Shown here piece after piece: positions 19,077-27,757 of a DNA stretch of 64,000 nt (position 1 is the stretch's first letter; every line of letters starts with the position of its first letter). The notes under the pieces are model-generated. The model was not told the origin of the DNA. It saw nothing but the letters and a program-made list of their open reading frames with translations, and searched no databases. Source of the stretch: an uncultured Vicinamibacterales bacterium (GTDB lineage: Bacteria; Acidobacteriota; Vicinamibacteria; Vicinamibacterales; UBA8438); NCBI GenBank assembly GCA_958295905.1, contig OY282382.1, forward strand, positions 3,942,910 to 4,006,909. The letters are read 5' to 3'. Both the position numbers and the translations under genes were made by a program.

Positions 19077-20210
19077 CTACGCCGTATCCGCCGACAGATA
19101 CCGGCGTCCGGACAAGACCATGGCGCCGAGGCCCAGCCACGTGGCCGCGAGCCAGAACAGCCCCCCGACCCAAGGCACCGCGAACAGCAGGTAGAGGACC
19201 ACGACGCCGACGGCCATCGCCGCGTACGGCGAGACGCCGGGGCGGCCGGCGCGGGCGAGAAGCAGTCCTCCCGCCCAGGCCGCGATCGGGAGCTTCGCCA
19301 CGTAGAGGGCCACGCCGAACAGCAGCGCGGCAATGACGCCGATGGGCAGCCCGACCACCGTCGCCATGACCAGGACGGCCGCGACGGGAACGATCAGGAA
19401 CGCGCCGAACCCGAGCAGGGCGCCGAGCGTGGTCTCCTCCGCGACGGCCGAGACCAACTCCCGCACGAGGCGCCGGAACAGCGCCACGGCGAGCATGCCG
19501 GCGAGCAGCGCCGCGCCGGTCTGCCAGCTCCAGAAGAGGAGGCTTCCCGCTACGCCGCCGTCATCCTCGTCGTTCTCGTCGGTCGGTTCCTCATAGCGCA
19601 CCGCGCCCGCCACCCGGGCCGCCGCTTCCGGGCTGAGGGGTATGCGCGTGCGGTAGTCGAGGTCGCCGTCGATGCGCGCGCCGGGGGCGAGGTCGAGGCG
19701 GTCGGCGATGACGTTCGCGTCGCCGAGCACCGCGCCGTAAAGGGTGATCTGCCCCGCCGCGGCAAGCAGATTCTCCTCCACCGTGCCCTCGATGTCCAGG
19801 ATGCTCGCGGCGGCCACGAGGCCTCCCCGGACGACCGTGCTCTCGAGAAGCTGCACCCGGTTGCCCCCCGCGATCAGATCGCCGTCGATGGTGGTGTTCA
19901 CGGTGACCTGGTCGCCGACTATCCGGGTGGAATCGCCGATGGGACCCCGCAGGTCGACGGTCCTGCCCGCCGCGAACACGTCGCCGTCGACCTGCCCGTC
20001 CACGAGCACCCGCCGCCCCGCCGCCACCAGGTCTCCCGCCAACTGCCCGTGGACGCGTATCGCTTCGCCGGCGGCGTAGAGGTCGCCCTCGCGGACCTCG
20101 CCGCCGGGGATGGTCACCGCCGCACCCGCCTCGGTCTCCTGCGCCCCGGCCGGCACCGGCGCGGCCGCCAGCGCCGCCGTCAGGATCAACCCTATCGCCC
20201 TGTGAACCAT
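19077..20210 (-). CDS. Membrane protein with bactofilin-like beta-helical repeats and a C-terminal multi-TM region
   Basis: Signal peptide MVHRAIGLILTAALAAAPVPAGA, repeated G-D-L/V-x-A-A-G motifs, and hydrophobic C-terminal helices. ATG at 20210. Confidence 0.55.
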   Translation of the reverse strand: MVHRAIGLILTAALAAAPVPAGAQETEAGAAVTIPGGEVREGDLYAAGEAIRVHGQLAGDLVAAGRRVLVDGQVDGDVFAAGRTVDLRGPIGDSTRIVGDQVTVNTTIDGDLIAGGNRVQLLESTVVRGGLVAAASILDIEGTVEENLLAAAGQITLYGAVLGDANVIADRLDLAPGARIDGDLDYRTRIPLSPEAAARVAGAVRYEEPTDENDEDDGGVAGSLLFWSWQTGAALLAGMLAVALFRRLVRELVSAVAEETTLGALLGFGAFLIVPVAAVLVMATVVGLPIGVIAALLFGVALYVAKLPIAAWAGGLLLARAGRPGVSPYAAMAVGVVVLYLLFAVPWVGGLFWLAATWLGLGAMVLSGRRYLSADTA

Positions 20211-20490
20211 GTGTATCGTCCTCTCAGCCCGAAGAGCGGCGCCTGCGGCCCCGCTCTCCGCCCAACCAACCCTCCAGGGAGTCGGCGCCCCTCCGGAGGG
20301 AGGCGGCACCGTTCTAAGACTCCTGGCGTGGATGGTGCCGTCCCCGGCCGGGTGCCGCAACCGGATTGTGATGGGCGGTCGCCCGGGGCCCACCAGCGGC
20401 CGGGAACCGCCGATGGCCGGCCGGCAGCCGGAGTCCAAGCTCCGCTGCCGCTCTTCAGCCGGGTTGCGCCGCTTGAGCCGGCCGCCGCCC

Positions 20491-20766
20491 TTGGCCCGCT
20501 GCCGCACCGCCGACCCCGGCGCGGGGTGCCGCCACGGACCGCCAGGCTCACCCCGGAAACACCCCGCGCAGCCCCGTAGCTTGTGGCCCGCTGCCGCACC
20601 GCCGACTCCGGCGCGGCGCGGGTTCCGCCACGGACCGCCAAGCTCACCCCCGGAAACACCCCGCGCAGCCGCCGGGCTTGGTCTTTTGCGGGGTGGGACC
20701 TCCGCACTGGAGGATTCACCACGGAAAGACCTCGCGCAGCCGCCGGGCCTGCCGGCGGGACAGGGG
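20491..20766. repeat. Three tandem ~90-97-bp units, the last being the authentic 3' end of the LytTR gene
   Basis: ggcccgctgccgcaccgccgac...ccacgga..cgcgcagccgccgggc recurs at 20491, 20581 and 20678. Confidence 0.8.
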
Positions 20767-21480
20767 CACCGTACCCGCGCCGGGACACACGATCGTCCAG
20801 GCGCCCGCGTCGGCCGGCCGGATCTCGGCGATCCGCCCGAGATTGACGAGGCAGCCGCGGTGGGCCCGGAAGAACCGGCCCTTGAGCCGGCCTTCGAGCT
20901 CGGACAGCGTGCGGTCGACGAGGAACCGCCCGGCCGCGGTCCTCGCGAAGACCAGCGCGTCCTCCGCCTCGAACCAGATGATCTCCTCGGGGTCGAGCAG
21001 AAGCACCCCCGACCCGCGCCGCACGCTGACGCGGTCGATCGCGGGCGGCGCCGCAGCCCGCCCGCCGACCAGCCGCCGCAGAACGTCGAGATCGTCGAGG
21101 ATGCGCCGGGCCGAGCCCGCGCCCTCGATCCGCTCGCGCGCGCGGTCGAGGGCCTCGGCGAACCGCTCGCGACCGACCGGCTTCAGCAGGTAGTCGATCG
21201 ATCTCACCTCGAAGGCCGGCACCGCGTAGCGGTCGTAGGCGGTGACGAAGACGACGTGCGGAACGTGCCTCACCCGATCGAGGACGTCGAAGCCGGTGCC
21301 CTCGGGCATCTCGACGTCGAGAAAGCACAGGTCGGGCGTGGTCTCGTCGATCAGCCGCACCGCCGCCTCGGCATCGGCGGCTTCGCCCGCGAGTTCGAAG
21401 CCGGGATGCGCGGCGAGCAGCCGCTTCACCCGGTCGCGGGCCGGCCGCTCGTCGTCGACGACGACGCATCGGTGGCTCAT
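20716..21480 (-). CDS. LytTR-family response regulator
   Basis: Receiver domain (VVVDDE...DLCFLDVEMP) plus a LytTR DNA-binding domain. The ATG at 21480 overlaps the kinase stop (ATGA). Confidence 0.85.
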   Translation of the reverse strand: MSHRCVVVDDERPARDRVKRLLAAHPGFELAGEAADAEAAVRLIDETTPDLCFLDVEMPEGTGFDVLDRVRHVPHVVFVTAYDRYAVPAFEVRSIDYLLKPVGRERFAEALDRARERIEGAGSARRILDDLDVLRRLVGGRAAAPPAIDRVSVRRGSGVLLLDPEEIIWFEAEDALVFARTAAGRFLVDRTLSELEGRLKGRFFRAHRGCLVNLGRIAEIRPADAGAWTIVCPGAGTVPLSRRQARRLREVFPW

Positions 21481-22580
21481 GGCGCGCACTGCGCGGCCCC
21501 GGGAAGGACGGGGGCGGCGGGCAGGACGAGCCGGGCGCGGGCCCCCGCGCCGCCCGGCCCCGCGGACAGCGCGACGGCCGCGCGGGCCCCGTAGGCGGTC
21601 TCGAGCCGGCGGACGATGTTGCCCAGCCCGTGGCCGTCGCGAATCAGGCCCCCGCCCGCGCCGGAGAGTCCGACCCCGTCGTCGACCACGTCTATGCGCA
21701 GCATGCCTTTCTCGACGAAGGCCGAGACATCGATGCGTCCTCCGCGCGCCCGCGGCGCGAGCCCGTGCCCCACCGCGTTCTCGATCAGCGGCTGGAGGAT
21801 CAAGCCGGGCACGCGCACCGCCAGCGACTCGGGGGCGACGTCCCAGCCGACCCGCAGCCGGTGGCCGAAACGGATGTGCTCGATCCGCAGGTAGCCTCGG
21901 GTGAAGGCGATCTCGTCGCGCAGGGGGACGGGTGCGGCGTCGGCCGCGTCGAACACATAGCGGAACAGTTCGGCGAACGTCTCCAACAGCTCCTCGGCCT
22001 GGCGCGCGTCCTCTTCAAGCAGGGACACGATGGTGTTGAGGGTGTTGAAGAAGAAGTGCGGGTTGATCCGCGCCTGCAGCGCGGCCAGCTCGGCCCGCGC
22101 CGCTTCCTCGCGCAGCCGCGCCTCGACCAGCCGGACCTCCCGCATTTCGCGCAGGGCGTCGTGCAGCCGCAGCCGCATCTCCTCGTAGCCGAGCACGACG
22201 CCGCCGACGACGAGGGCGAGGACGCTGTTCAGGACGACCACCGCGACCGCGAGCCGCGGCTCGCGGAAGACGAACAGCGGATAGACGCCGAGCACGGCCA
22301 AGCTGCCGAGAACCGCCCCCGAGATCAGGGCCAGGACCAGCAGCGGGAACCGCAACAGGCCCGAGCGCCCCCGCAGCCGCGGGAACAGCCACACCGAGCC
22401 GATCAGAGCGGTGAGCCCCACCACGTTGGCGAACAGCGCCGAGATCACGAGAATCGGGCGCTCGACGCCGTCGCCCTGGAAGACGCTCACGCCTAGACCG
22501 ATGGCGAGGCCCGCGAGGCTGCAGGCCGCGATCCACAGCGCGGCGTGGCGGCCTGCCGCCTGGCCATGAGTGGAGGTCAC
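21477..22580 (-). CDS. LytS-type sensor histidine kinase
   Basis: TM N-terminus, His_kinase motif INPHFFFNTLNTI, and a HATPase C-terminus (ENAVGHG...DDGVG). Confidence 0.85.
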   Translation of the reverse strand: MTSTHGQAAGRHAALWIAACSLAGLAIGLGVSVFQGDGVERPILVISALFANVVGLTALIGSVWLFPRLRGRSGLLRFPLLVLALISGAVLGSLAVLGVYPLFVFREPRLAVAVVVLNSVLALVVGGVVLGYEEMRLRLHDALREMREVRLVEARLREEAARAELAALQARINPHFFFNTLNTIVSLLEEDARQAEELLETFAELFRYVFDAADAAPVPLRDEIAFTRGYLRIEHIRFGHRLRVGWDVAPESLAVRVPGLILQPLIENAVGHGLAPRARGGRIDVSAFVEKGMLRIDVVDDGVGLSGAGGGLIRDGHGLGNIVRRLETAYGARAAVALSAGPGGAGARARLVLPAAPVLPGAAQCAP

Positions 22581-22722
22581 GGCTGTCGGGGAACCCGCCT
22601 CGAACCGAAGAGAGTCCCGGCGCAGACGAAGTGGAAGAAGCGCATCGTCGGACTCAAGTCCGCCTATCCGAAATCAGGAACGACGCGACGAGCCACCAGG
22701 CTCCCGGCCGTCCGGGGCCGGA

Positions 22723-23937
22723 TCACCGCACTCTCGCGAGGACGAGGGTGACGTCGTCATGGGCGTCGATGGGGCCGCTCCATTGCAGCAGCGCGTCGAG
22801 CACGATCTCGATCACGGCGTCGAGCGGACGCGCGCGGTGGGCGCGCAGCAGATCGGCCAGCCTCGCCGCCCCGAACTCCTCGCCGTCCGGCGCCGGTGCC
22901 TCGGTGACGCCGTCGGTGAACAGCGCCAGCAGGTCACCCGGCGCGAGGGTCCGGGTGGCGGTCTCGTAGGCCGCGCCTTCGAACAACCCGATGGGCATGC
23001 CGCCTTCGTGGCAGCGGATCATCTCGTCCTTCCGGATCAGGATCGCCGGCAGATGCCCGGCGTTGCTGTAGGACAGGCGGCGGGTCTCGGGATCGAAGGC
23101 GGAGAGGAAGGCGGTGGCGTAGCGGGCGGCGGAGGACGAGCCCAACAGCGCCTCGTTCAGGCCCGCCGCGAGCCGTTCCGGGCTCCCCGCCGTGGGGAAG
23201 CGGCTGCGCATCGAGGCCTGGAGACTGGCCATGAGGAGGGCGGCGGGAACCCCCTTGCCGGACACGTCGGCGATGACCAGGCCCAGCCGGCCGCCGCCGT
23301 CCTGGAGGTAGTCGTAGTAGTCGCCGCCCACCGCGATGGCGGGCCGGCAGACGCCGGCCAGCTCAAGCCCGGCGACCGACGGGGCCCCGCCCGGCAGCAG
23401 CTCGCGCTGCACCTCGCGGGCCACGGTCAGCTCGCGCTCGAGCGCGTCCCGTTCCCGGAGGACGCGGTACGACGCCTCGATCTGGCGGCGCATCCGGTCA
23501 TAGGCGCCCAGGGCCACCGCGACCCCCGCCGCGAGCACCGCGTTGAACGCGACCAGAAGCAGGGCCGCCCGGGGCTGCGCCAACAAGAAGAACGGATCGG
23601 TGACGATGACGACGATCGAGCCGAAGATCGTGCCCGACACCACGATCAACGCATCGAGCGCCAAGCGCAGCGCCGCCGGCAGCCGCGCCAGCAGCGGGAA
23701 AACCAGCCGCGCCGAGACATACGCGCTGAAGCCGACGACCTCGGCGAACAGCACGCTCAACCGCAGGACGGGGCCGAGGTCGACACCGGCCCCGAACGAG
23801 ACTCCGACCGCGAACACGATGCCGACCGCGAGCCATGCCGCGGTCCACCCCGCCAGGAAGTGCCACCCCGGGGCGGCCACGGTCTCGACCGGGCTCCGGG
23901 GATTCGGGGCCTGCTTCGCATCGGAAGATGGGGTCAT
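22723..23937 (-). CDS. Membrane-anchored PP2C/SpoIIE-type phosphatase
   Basis: Five or so TM helices, then GGDYYDY...IADVSGKG...FTDGVTEA. Confidence 0.8.
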   Translation of the reverse strand: MTPSSDAKQAPNPRSPVETVAAPGWHFLAGWTAAWLAVGIVFAVGVSFGAGVDLGPVLRLSVLFAEVVGFSAYVSARLVFPLLARLPAALRLALDALIVVSGTIFGSIVVIVTDPFFLLAQPRAALLLVAFNAVLAAGVAVALGAYDRMRRQIEASYRVLRERDALERELTVAREVQRELLPGGAPSVAGLELAGVCRPAIAVGGDYYDYLQDGGGRLGLVIADVSGKGVPAALLMASLQASMRSRFPTAGSPERLAAGLNEALLGSSSAARYATAFLSAFDPETRRLSYSNAGHLPAILIRKDEMIRCHEGGMPIGLFEGAAYETATRTLAPGDLLALFTDGVTEAPAPDGEEFGAARLADLLRAHRARPLDAVIEIVLDALLQWSGPIDAHDDVTLVLARVR

Positions 23938-24003
23938 GGGGGATGCCGGGCCTGCAAGATGAGGACGCGCGAGTTCGCCCGCCGACGCCGCACGAGCAGA
24001 GGC

Positions 24004-24252
24004 TCACCGTTCGCCGCGGCCATCCGAAACGGGCCGCGCCGCCGTCGTGCCGCGGTTGCGGGGCCTCGGGCAGGCGGCCCGCAACCGTCCCGCCGCGTGG
24101 CTCCAGTCCGCCCGCGTCGGGGCGGACGGCGGCGGCACGATCCGCGCAACGGGCCGCCCGTCGCGACGCATCTCGATCTCTCCGCCCGGTTCGACGTCGG
24201 CGGACAAGATGGCGGGATGGTGCTGGATGGGTCGGACGTTGAACGACTTCAC
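24004..24252 (-). CDS. Possible Phd/YefM-like antitoxin, orphan
   Basis: AILSADVEPGGEIEMRRDGRPVARIVPP resembles the antitoxin core (vLdrVe.Ge.i.ItrrGrPVArLvP). No toxin partner is seen and the C-terminal half is low complexity. Confidence 0.35.
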   Translation of the reverse strand: MKSFNVRPIQHHPAILSADVEPGGEIEMRRDGRPVARIVPPPSAPTRADWSHAAGRLRAACPRPRNRGTTAARPVSDGRGER

Positions 24253-24359
24253 GTCCTACAAAATGCCTGACACCGGCTGGCCGTGTCAACGACGGGACTG
24301 ACCGGCGCCCGGACCTCGGCGCGTCAGCGCGGGAGTAAAGGTTCGCGCGCGCGGCCGTG

Positions 24360-24980
24360 TCAACGACGGGGACTGACCGGCGCCCGGACCTGCTGACCCC
24401 CGGGCTCGATCCGCTCGACGGGTACCGCGTGTCCGTCCCGCAGCACGTGTCGGGTCCCGCCGGCGAGAACGCTCCAGCCTCCGTTCCACCGCTCGATGCG
24501 GGGGCGATGCCCGGGAAACGGATGGGACCGGCGGAACGCGGTGTCGCCCGACACGAAGAAGAGCAGACCGGGGGCCGTGTCGCCCCGGCAACCGGGACTC
24601 CGGAACACCAGGGCGTCCCGGTTGCCGTCGCCGTCGAAGTCGCGCTGGTCCGGGAGATCGAGACACATGTCGTCCGTCTCTCCGAGCACCACGTGCTCGC
24701 GGTTTCCGATGCGGGCGACGAGGATGTCGAAGAATCGGGCACCCTTCACGACGTGGTAGACGATGCCGGAGGGTGATTCCGGGGCATCCCCGCGCCCGCC
24801 GGCGACATCGTTCGTCCCCGGCGCGGCCAACGACCGCGTCTCGTCCGTCTCGGGGGCGGGAGCAGCATCGGAAGCCGGCGGCGGCGCGGGATGGCCGGCG
24901 GGGACCGGCCCGGAATCGATCCGGCAGCCGGCGAGCGCCGCCCCGAGGACGAGGACCGTTCCCAGCTCCATGACGCGCAT
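24360..24980 (-). CDS. Hypothetical lipoprotein with an FG-GAP-like DxDGDG motif
   Basis: Signal peptide/lipobox LVLGAALAGC, and DQRDFDGDGNRDALVF. Confidence 0.5.
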   Translation of the reverse strand: MRVMELGTVLVLGAALAGCRIDSGPVPAGHPAPPPASDAAPAPETDETRSLAAPGTNDVAGGRGDAPESPSGIVYHVVKGARFFDILVARIGNREHVVLGETDDMCLDLPDQRDFDGDGNRDALVFRSPGCRGDTAPGLLFFVSGDTAFRRSHPFPGHRPRIERWNGGWSVLAGGTRHVLRDGHAVPVERIEPGGQQVRAPVSPRR

Positions 24981-25083
24981 CAGGTTCTACACCGCCGCGT
25001 CGATGGCGAGCGCCGCCCCGAGGACGAGGACCGTCCCCGGGGCGGCGGCCGGTTTCATGCGATGCCGGATGAGCAGCCGGCGA

Positions 25084-25425
25084 TCAGCCGAGCACGCCGG
25101 CGTAGCTGTCGGCGTCGAAGCCGACGAGCAGGATTCCGCCGACCCGCAGGAGCGGCGCCCGCAGGTTGCCGGTGGCGCCGACCATCGCGTCGAGCACCGT
25201 GTCGTCGGGCGCGCCGCGCGGCTCGAACTGCTGGACCCGCCGGCCCTTGGCCACGACGATGCGCGACGCCGCCGCGGCCAGCTCGCGGGCGTCCGACCGG
25301 CCGAGCTTGCGGCTCGCCGGCACCCGCTCTTCAACCTCGATCCCGTTGGCCTCCAGAAACCTGGAGGCTTTCACGCAGCTCGTTCAACCGGATCGGTGGT
25401 AGTACCAGTCGACCCTACTGCCCAT
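25084..25425 (-). CDS. ArsC/Spx-family redox protein, candidate selenoprotein (in-frame TGA at 25384-25386 read as Sec)
   Basis: Hand translation upstream of the track ORF gives MGSRVDWYYHRSG-TGA-TSCVKASRFLEANGI. This aligns with the Spx/ArsC N-terminus (..LY.SPSCTSCRKARAWLEEHEI), with the first Cys replaced by TGA. Confidence 0.65.
25349..25368 (-). promoter_or_regulatory. SECIS-like hairpin downstream of the in-frame UGA
   Basis: RNA reads GCCUCCAG-GUUU-CUGGAGGC, an 8-bp perfect stem with a loop that begins GU. The stem starts 15 nt after the UGA. Confidence 0.55.
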
Positions 25426-26425
25426 CGTCCGCCGCCGTCTTCTCGACCGCCCGGGCCCCCGTCAGCGTGCCGTCCATGCCGTAGTTGCCCTCGTGGCAGG
25501 CGTACTCGAACAGCGGGAGGCCGCTCTGCCGCATCGGCAACTCCACCGACCACGGCTGCGTCCACGTCGTCGGGTCGGTCACCGTGAAGCTGTAGAGCAG
25601 CACATCCTCGCTCCCGCGCCGGAACCGCTCGACGAGGTGGAGGTTCCGGCTCGAGTTCCGGAAGCTGGTCTCGCGCAGGAAGTTCTTCGTCTCGACGACC
25701 AGGGTGTCGCCGTCCCAGTGGCCGCGCGAGTCGCCGGTCCACAGCGGCACCGGGCCGTGGCCGCTGCCGTCGAGGGGGATGATCCGGGCGTTGTGGACCA
25801 TTTCGTTGAGCAGCACGACGTGGTCGGCGGTCTGGAAGATCTGCACGTTCATGTTGTAGGCGGCGGGCAGCATCGGTGGTCCCGAGTTGAAGCCGGTGAT
25901 GCAGCGCTCGCCAAGGGGGCGATCTTCGGGGCCCCACGACGGCCGCTGGTTGATGCGCAGGCGCTCCGCCGCGCGGGCCTCCGCCGCCACCGTCAGCGCC
26001 GGCACCCGCCCGTTCGGGGGATCGACGACCAGCGAGGTCCGGCGGGTCTCGACGACGGAGTCGCCGCGGTCCCACCAGAAGTCGTTGTAGGCGAGGGCGA
26101 GGTCGCGGCTCTCGCGCGTGCCGTTGACCTGTCCCCGGTCGGTGGTCTCCAGCTTCCTGGCTTCCCGATCCCGGTCGGCGTTGCTCGCCTGCACGCGCTC
26201 GGCGGCGTAAGCGGCGACCTCCTCCTCGGAGAGGAACGCCTGGTCGGCGAACTCCTCCGGACGCTCGAGCGGGGTCACGGTCCGGAAATCCCAGACGCCG
26301 CTGATGTCGGGGTGCCCGTCAGGGGTGCGCAGGATCCCGCTCTCGGACTGGGCGGCGGCCGGGGTCGAGAGCGACAGCGCAAGCACGGCGCTGCCCGCGA
26401 GCACGGCGGCGGTTCGGATGGTCAT
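25415..26425 (-). CDS. Secreted protein of unknown function, EYACHEGNY family, paralog 1
   Basis: Signal peptide MTIRTAAVLAGSAVLALSLSTPAAA. Shared blocks are [68 protein letters not shown] and [19 protein letters not shown]. Confidence 0.75.
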   Translation of the reverse strand: MTIRTAAVLAGSAVLALSLSTPAAAQSESGILRTPDGHPDISGVWDFRTVTPLERPEEFADQAFLSEEEVAAYAAERVQASNADRDREARKLETTDRGQVNGTRESRDLALAYNDFWWDRGDSVVETRRTSLVVDPPNGRVPALTVAAEARAAERLRINQRPSWGPEDRPLGERCITGFNSGPPMLPAAYNMNVQIFQTADHVVLLNEMVHNARIIPLDGSGHGPVPLWTGDSRGHWDGDTLVVETKNFLRETSFRNSSRNLHLVERFRRGSEDVLLYSFTVTDPTTWTQPWSVELPMRQSGLPLFEYACHEGNYGMDGTLTGARAVEKTAADDGQ

Positions 26426-26442
26426 GGTCGTTTCACCTCTGT

Positions 26443-26630
26443 GTGAGAATGGGCGGCTACCCCGCAACCCGGGCCGTTCCGCCCAACTGCGAACGGCTCC
26501 TGAGTGAGAATGGACGGTTATCCCGCAACCCGGGCCGTTCCGCCCAACTGCGAACGGCTCCTGCGTGAGAATGCGCGGCTACCCGCAACCCGGGCGGTTC
26601 CGCCTGACGGCGAACGGCCCCGGTTGCGGT
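26443..26630. repeat. Three tandem 61-bp units filling the paralog 2-paralog 1 intergenic region
   Basis: The unit gtgagaatgggcggctaccccgcaacccgggccgttccgcccaactgcgaacggctcctga starts at 26443, 26504 and 26565. Each contains the hairpin gccgttccgc..gcgaacggc. Confidence 0.85.
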
Positions 26631-26634
26631 CCAC

Positions 26635-27678
26635 CTACTTCGACGCCTCGGCCGCTTCCGCCACCCGCGCGCCGGCGAGGATGTTGTAGAGGCCGTAGTT
26701 GCCCTCGTGACAGGCGTACTCGAACACCGGCTGGTCGTTCCACACCATGGGCACCTCGTAGGTCCACGGCCGCGACCAGACGGTGGGATCGTCGATGGTC
26801 GCCTCGTACATCAGCACCCCCGCCGACACCCGCGTGAACCGCTCCGTAAGACGCAGGTTCGCGTCGGTCGCCCCCGACCGGAAGCTCGTCTCGCGCAGGA
26901 AGTTCCCCGTCTCGACGACCAGGGTGTCCCCCTCCCAGTGGCCGCGCGAGTCGCCCGTCCACTGCGGGAGGTCGATGGCGGGACGCCCGTCGAGGGGCAC
27001 GATGCGCGCGTTGTGGTTCATCTCGTTGAGCAGGACCACATGGTCGGGGGTCTGGAAGATCTGCACGTTGTTGTTGTAGCCGCCCGGAGTCATCGGGGGG
27101 CCGGCGTTGAAGCCGGTGATGCAGCGCAACTGCAGCCCGTTGGCGCCGAGGTCCTCGACCCAGCCGCCCGGCGTCGGCTCGTGATTGGCCGTGCCTTCCC
27201 GCGCCGCCCGCAGCGCCGCCTGCCGCTCGGCCGCCTCGGGGACCAGCGCCGGGATCGTCCCGTCCGGCGGGTCGACGACCAGCGACGTCCGCCGTGTGTC
27301 GACGATGGTGGTGCCGCGGTCGAGCCAGAAGTTGTTGTAGAAGCCGGGAGCGCCCTCCTCCCCGCGGTCCACGCTCTCGGTGACCTCCGTTCTCACGGCG
27401 GGACGATTCAGGAGGTCTTCATTGCGGGCCAGGGTCTCCTGCTCCAGGTTCGCGGCCTCCTCCTCGGTCAGAAACGCCCGGTCTCCCAGCGCCTCGGGAC
27501 GTTCCATCGGGGTGATGGAGCGGAAGTCCCACACGCCCTGCAGATCGGGCGCGCCCCACCCGGTCCGCGACGCCGCTTCCCCGGCCGCCTGCCCGGCTGC
27601 GGCCGCCGGGGCCAGCATGCCGAACGCGACCACGGCCACGATCGCCCGACCTGCCGCCGCACAATGTCGATGGTTCAT
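26635..27678 (-). CDS. EYACHEGNY-family secreted protein, paralog 2
   Basis: Same conserved blocks. ATG at 27678 with a GAGGAGGG SD, and a signal peptide. Confidence 0.75.
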   Translation of the reverse strand: MNHRHCAAAGRAIVAVVAFGMLAPAAAAGQAAGEAASRTGWGAPDLQGVWDFRSITPMERPEALGDRAFLTEEEAANLEQETLARNEDLLNRPAVRTEVTESVDRGEEGAPGFYNNFWLDRGTTIVDTRRTSLVVDPPDGTIPALVPEAAERQAALRAAREGTANHEPTPGGWVEDLGANGLQLRCITGFNAGPPMTPGGYNNNVQIFQTPDHVVLLNEMNHNARIVPLDGRPAIDLPQWTGDSRGHWEGDTLVVETGNFLRETSFRSGATDANLRLTERFTRVSAGVLMYEATIDDPTVWSRPWTYEVPMVWNDQPVFEYACHEGNYGLYNILAGARVAEAAEASK

Positions 27679-27757
27679 GTCACCCTCCTCGTCCACCCGC
27701 GTGGTTACGATGATCGCCTACTTCGGCGGCCGGACGCAAGCGTCCCCAGGGACCGCG

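Noticed and set aside
24987-25334. 115-aa ORF antisense to the ArsC-like gene.
   Set aside because: It is a shadow frame. Its C-terminal end merely contains the duplicated signal-peptide remnant described at 24930-25038.
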